Origin: Macrostomum lignano
Taxonomy: Eukaryota
Length of the DNA stretch: 29,470 nt
Reading direction: 5' to 3'
Assembly: GCA_002269645.1 (NCBI GenBank)
Contig: NIVC01004984.1
Coordinates: forward strand, 1 to 29,470
Made by a program: the position numbers and the translations under genes. Position 1 is the stretch's first letter. Each line of letters begins with the position of its first letter. The notes under the pieces are model-generated. The model did no database searches, had not been told where the DNA came from, and saw nothing but the letters and a program-made list of their open reading frames with translations. Of this stretch, positions 25,721 to 29,470 are shown in pieces.

Positions 25721-28700
25721 TATGTCGCCATATTTGCAATATTTTGGAGCCCTGAAGCAAAATTATTGATTTCCAAAACGGGTCACAATGTGGGGGGCAA
25801 AGCATTGGAATGTGCCTTGATCGATACTAAAACTAGCATATAAAGACATTACTTAACTTTTATTCCGAGTGACAAACGTTTGAGTTTTGCGGGGTGAGGG
25901 TTTAGCTGTTGTTGACTATAATTATATCCCCACGTTTGCACTTTGACACAGTCGGTTCTTACCTTCTGGAGACAGAAAGAGACATAAAGCTCCAGATATA
26001 ATGTTTACTGCTTCCAACTCTTTTTAGAGCTTCAGTGAGTATTCTTGCTTCAGCCGATGACTCTCATTCAGTGTTACTAAAAAGAGGAAAGAGAGTGAGG
26101 CGTCAGCGAGATTGCAGCTTTAGTCGAGGATTTCTTCATCATTTCCTCGTGTCTTCCCTGCGACCGTGGGGATTGGCTCCTGCCAGGGCAGTCCGCCTGG
26201 ATTTATGGCCCGAGCGCAATCCTCGTCCTCTATCATCAAAACGTACTCACTTTGGGGGGGAACAAGATAGAAAATTGCATCTGGGGAAACGCACATGTGC
26301 ACTCTTTAGTTAGCATCAGAGCAGGGATCGGTTTGCCGCACAGTATATTGTGCATGGTGGGAGATACAGGTCTGTACTCTGAGAGCAGTGGGGAGAAAAT
26401 GGGTAAAAAGTCAGCCTTGAGGAGAAAGCTGCATGCCCACCCTGAGTCAACTCTGCGACCGCGAGATGAAAGAGACCATACAGAATTGATGAATAATAAG
26501 AAAACTAAACGAATGCGTCTGAGGTACCAGCGGTCCAGTGAAGGGAGACTGCTCAAGCTGAGCAAGGGATAAAAGATTCTCAGGAGAGCATTCAATAGGC
26601 GCATTGTAAGAGATGAAGTCTTCTCTCATCTTTTCTCTCACTTAGACAAAAATTGAAAACTAGTTATTGGCGATCATTGCCGCTCAAATCTAAGGTTGTG
26701 TTCTCAAATAAAGACTAAGCTGATTTTTTACCATAGACAAACTTGGCTAATAAAATGCCATCAACTATGTCGTCCATGAATGAGTAGTAGAAAAACCAGA
26801 AATTATACATGTACTCCACGAGTACAGTAGTATAGGATATTGCAATTAACGATGCGAGGTGATCTGCTTTCTGTCCAACTCCATTGTTCCCTCAGCATCA
26901 TTAGTCTCTGAGTCCATTCAGATGGGCACTCACTAATGCAATGCCCGGTCCATCCTGCTCTGTCCTTGGTCCATCTGCTGGCTCCTCTGGTTGTCTCCCT
27001 GCTTATTGTGTCTCGGCTCTCATCACTGACAGTGGGTTGGAGTCCTGGGCTGGAAGTTCGTCCCGAATCGGGGAAAACCGGCTGAGTCCGGTTTCCTCTT
27101 GCCCCTTGTGCCCCTCCCCCCTTGGCCTGGCCTCCAATATTGAGCTGGATAGGTGAAGCCCTTGTGGCTTGCAGCCCCATAGGTAGTCGCAATATCCTGC
27201 CTGATTGGGAGACTCGCCCTCGGATACAAGCCTTCCAGACTCGCTCCAATAGTCAAGCCCTATTCCAAGACTTCTGGGTTTCCCCGCTCTTGGACGGCTT
27301 TCAGTAGTATACCCAACCTTTTCATTTCCAATTCTGTTTTTCGCGCACTCCCAAGGACTTGTCTGCTGGGTTGGTGGTCTGGGTGGACTCGGTCCTGGCA
27401 CCGTCCCTGATTCCACTCTTTGGGTTGGCGGTGTCTTGTTAGTAGCCCCAAAATTCCCCTGGCCTAGACGTCGGGCCCAACCATGTGGGTATCTCGGGCT
27501 TAGGCCCCTGGAAGTGCCCCTCAGCGGCAGAGCCCAATTCAGGGCTGATCCGCGGGTTGCCACCGGCTTCCCACCCTCGTTTAACAACAACAATGCAATA
27601 AAAGAATGCTTTCTGTGAAGACCATTAGCGGAGGTACACCTTGTGCAGATTATGAAAATATGAAATTTCTACTCCAATAATTTTTATTAACAAGGTAAGA
27701 CACTTTGCACATTGAATTTATTAGTTATTAATGAATTGTCATACAGATTTCTACCTGATCAATGCTAACTGTAATTCACTCAGAGACGTTTCTGTGGTTG
27801 TAATTAGTGGTAAGAGTATAATTATGGGCTTCTGAGCTCAGTTGCAGCTGTTTAGCTGACTGCAAAATCCAATCGCCGAACGGTGCAATTCTGTGTAACA
27901 ATGCATGCACATGCAACCCATATGACCTTGTGCTCTACGAAAACTCACAGGTAAATTACGCCCTTTTCGATGCGAAGATTGATCGGCTGATTGATGTTCA
28001 AAGACACGATGTTTGTAAAGTACACTGAGCGAGTTTTAGGCGCGAGATTGGCAAGGAATTCAAACGAATACTTTTCGGACGCCTCTGCACGCTACTCACA
28101 ATGGGGATTGCTTTTTTTGAGCAGGTGAGGATTAGGTGCATGGAAAGGTTAAAGGTTACATTTACATGTCGTCGGTATAGAGCAGTTGCGTGCGTTGAAA
28201 TCACTTTGAAATCAAATAATACAATGAGCTGAGCTGATGTCGCTGTTGCTATCATTAAATCCAGCTGGATCGCCAGGAGTCTGGCGTCTGCTCTGGAGTC
28301 TGCGAAATACGCGAAAGCAAGAAGACAACCGGGCTGCGAATATTTATTTTAGCACACTCACGTGTGGTGTCTTCGTCGAACCTCAGCCATGCAGACAGAA
28401 TAGACTTATCCATGCGGGGGACTGTTTTTTAGCCCTAATTAGCTGTCAAGGCCTTTAGAGCTTAAAAAAATGAATCGCTGAGCTCTCTGCTTTCTCATTC
28501 CTGATGAGACAGTCCGAAGTGAGCATAGCTGTAGTCGAAAGACTCATCCATACCTAAGATGGAAGTCAGCTAACCCCTAATCCTGCAGATTAGGCTAATC
28601 CGCCGCCTAACGCGAACAAAATCCATTTGAACTGGCTCACCAAACCTGATCCGTCGAGGCAGGATTTCCAGCTAGGAGGGATTATAAGGGACATCAAGCA

Positions 28701-29470
28701 GGCGCTTTTCTGTCCATCTGGAATCATAGAATTATAGAAATGATGTAACCGCCCTTGTCACCTGTCCGCTCCTATTGAGAGACGAACGCTTGGCTAGAGG
28801 GGGCAATGACCATAGGCTGCCTATGACCGGCGGCAACGACCTGACGGACCTCCAGCACCAGACTGTCCCGCCCACATGATTAGTAGCTTTGGTAGCGCTT
28901 CGTGACCAGAGGGCCAAGGACCCACATGGACCCCACCTGTAGCCAAGGTGCAATAGTTGGTCACTCGGTCATGGTATGACCGAGTGGCTGCCACCACTCT
29001 ATGTGACCTGGCGCACCTGGATCTTTCTACCAGACCTCTCGAGGCTAGAGCCCCGCCTGGATTGGTTACCAGGGGATTTAGGCTAACAGGGGAGACGCAT
29101 GCAACCGAGTACAGGGACTCTGCTTGGGGCATGATCGGGAACTCTGGCTCAATCCTGGAGGATTTCTCAGCAGGGATCCTTTGTGGCTGTGAGCGAGGCA
29201 GACTTGCGACTTTGATTACTAAGAGTAGTATGAGGCGAACATGTACTGTCTCTAGTTTAGATTGCTCAGGCGAAGGGACGCGTTAGCATGGGGTTGCAAC
29301 CTTCCTACTGCCATTCTGTGCCAAAACTCGCTAATCACCCTCCACTGCACGCACTCACGAACCCGCCGCACGCACTCACACAGGCGGCTTTGCACGGGGA
29401 GAGGCCATTAGCTTACCCAAACTTCCTTATGCTTTGCCACCCCGGGAGAAAGGCTTAGCAAGCCATGAGT

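Noticed and set aside
26905-26960. GHCISECP as a Gag CCHC zinc knuckle
   Set aside because: The upstream C-x2-C is missing (WTKDRAGWT) and no other gag/pol motifs are nearby.

Overview
This is intron-containing animal DNA, not prokaryotic. The TTAGGG tract, an NPY-family neuropeptide gene, a GT10 fucosyltransferase, GC-rich exons and very dense tandem repeats point to an invertebrate bilaterian; a Macrostomum-like flatworm is a guess only. The left ~12.3 kb is repetitive: a ~9.3 kb array of a ~22-bp satellite with higher-order structure at its edge, a degenerate ~500-bp duplication holding an interstitial (TTAGGG)n tract, a solo mariner-like terminal inverted repeat (TIR) and ~1.65 kb of (TTAG)n. 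The rest holds four spliced genes that the ORF track breaks into pieces and that I reassembled from GT-AG sites and reading phase. (1) An NPY/NPF-family precursor, join(12829..13160,13946..13997), whose predicted peptide ends NRPRY-amide and is atypical in architecture. (2, 3) Two tandem paralogues of a protein family I do not recognise, join(17158..17534,18020..18464) and join(19609..19961,20411..20789), with an intron at the same aligned position. (4) An alpha-1,3/4-fucosyltransferase, complement(join(22858..24059,24591..24687)). Each of the four coding introns carries a different tandem repeat. A tRNA-headed CORE-type SINE lies just upstream of the first paralogue. Most other ORFs in the track are translations of repeats or antisense shadows.
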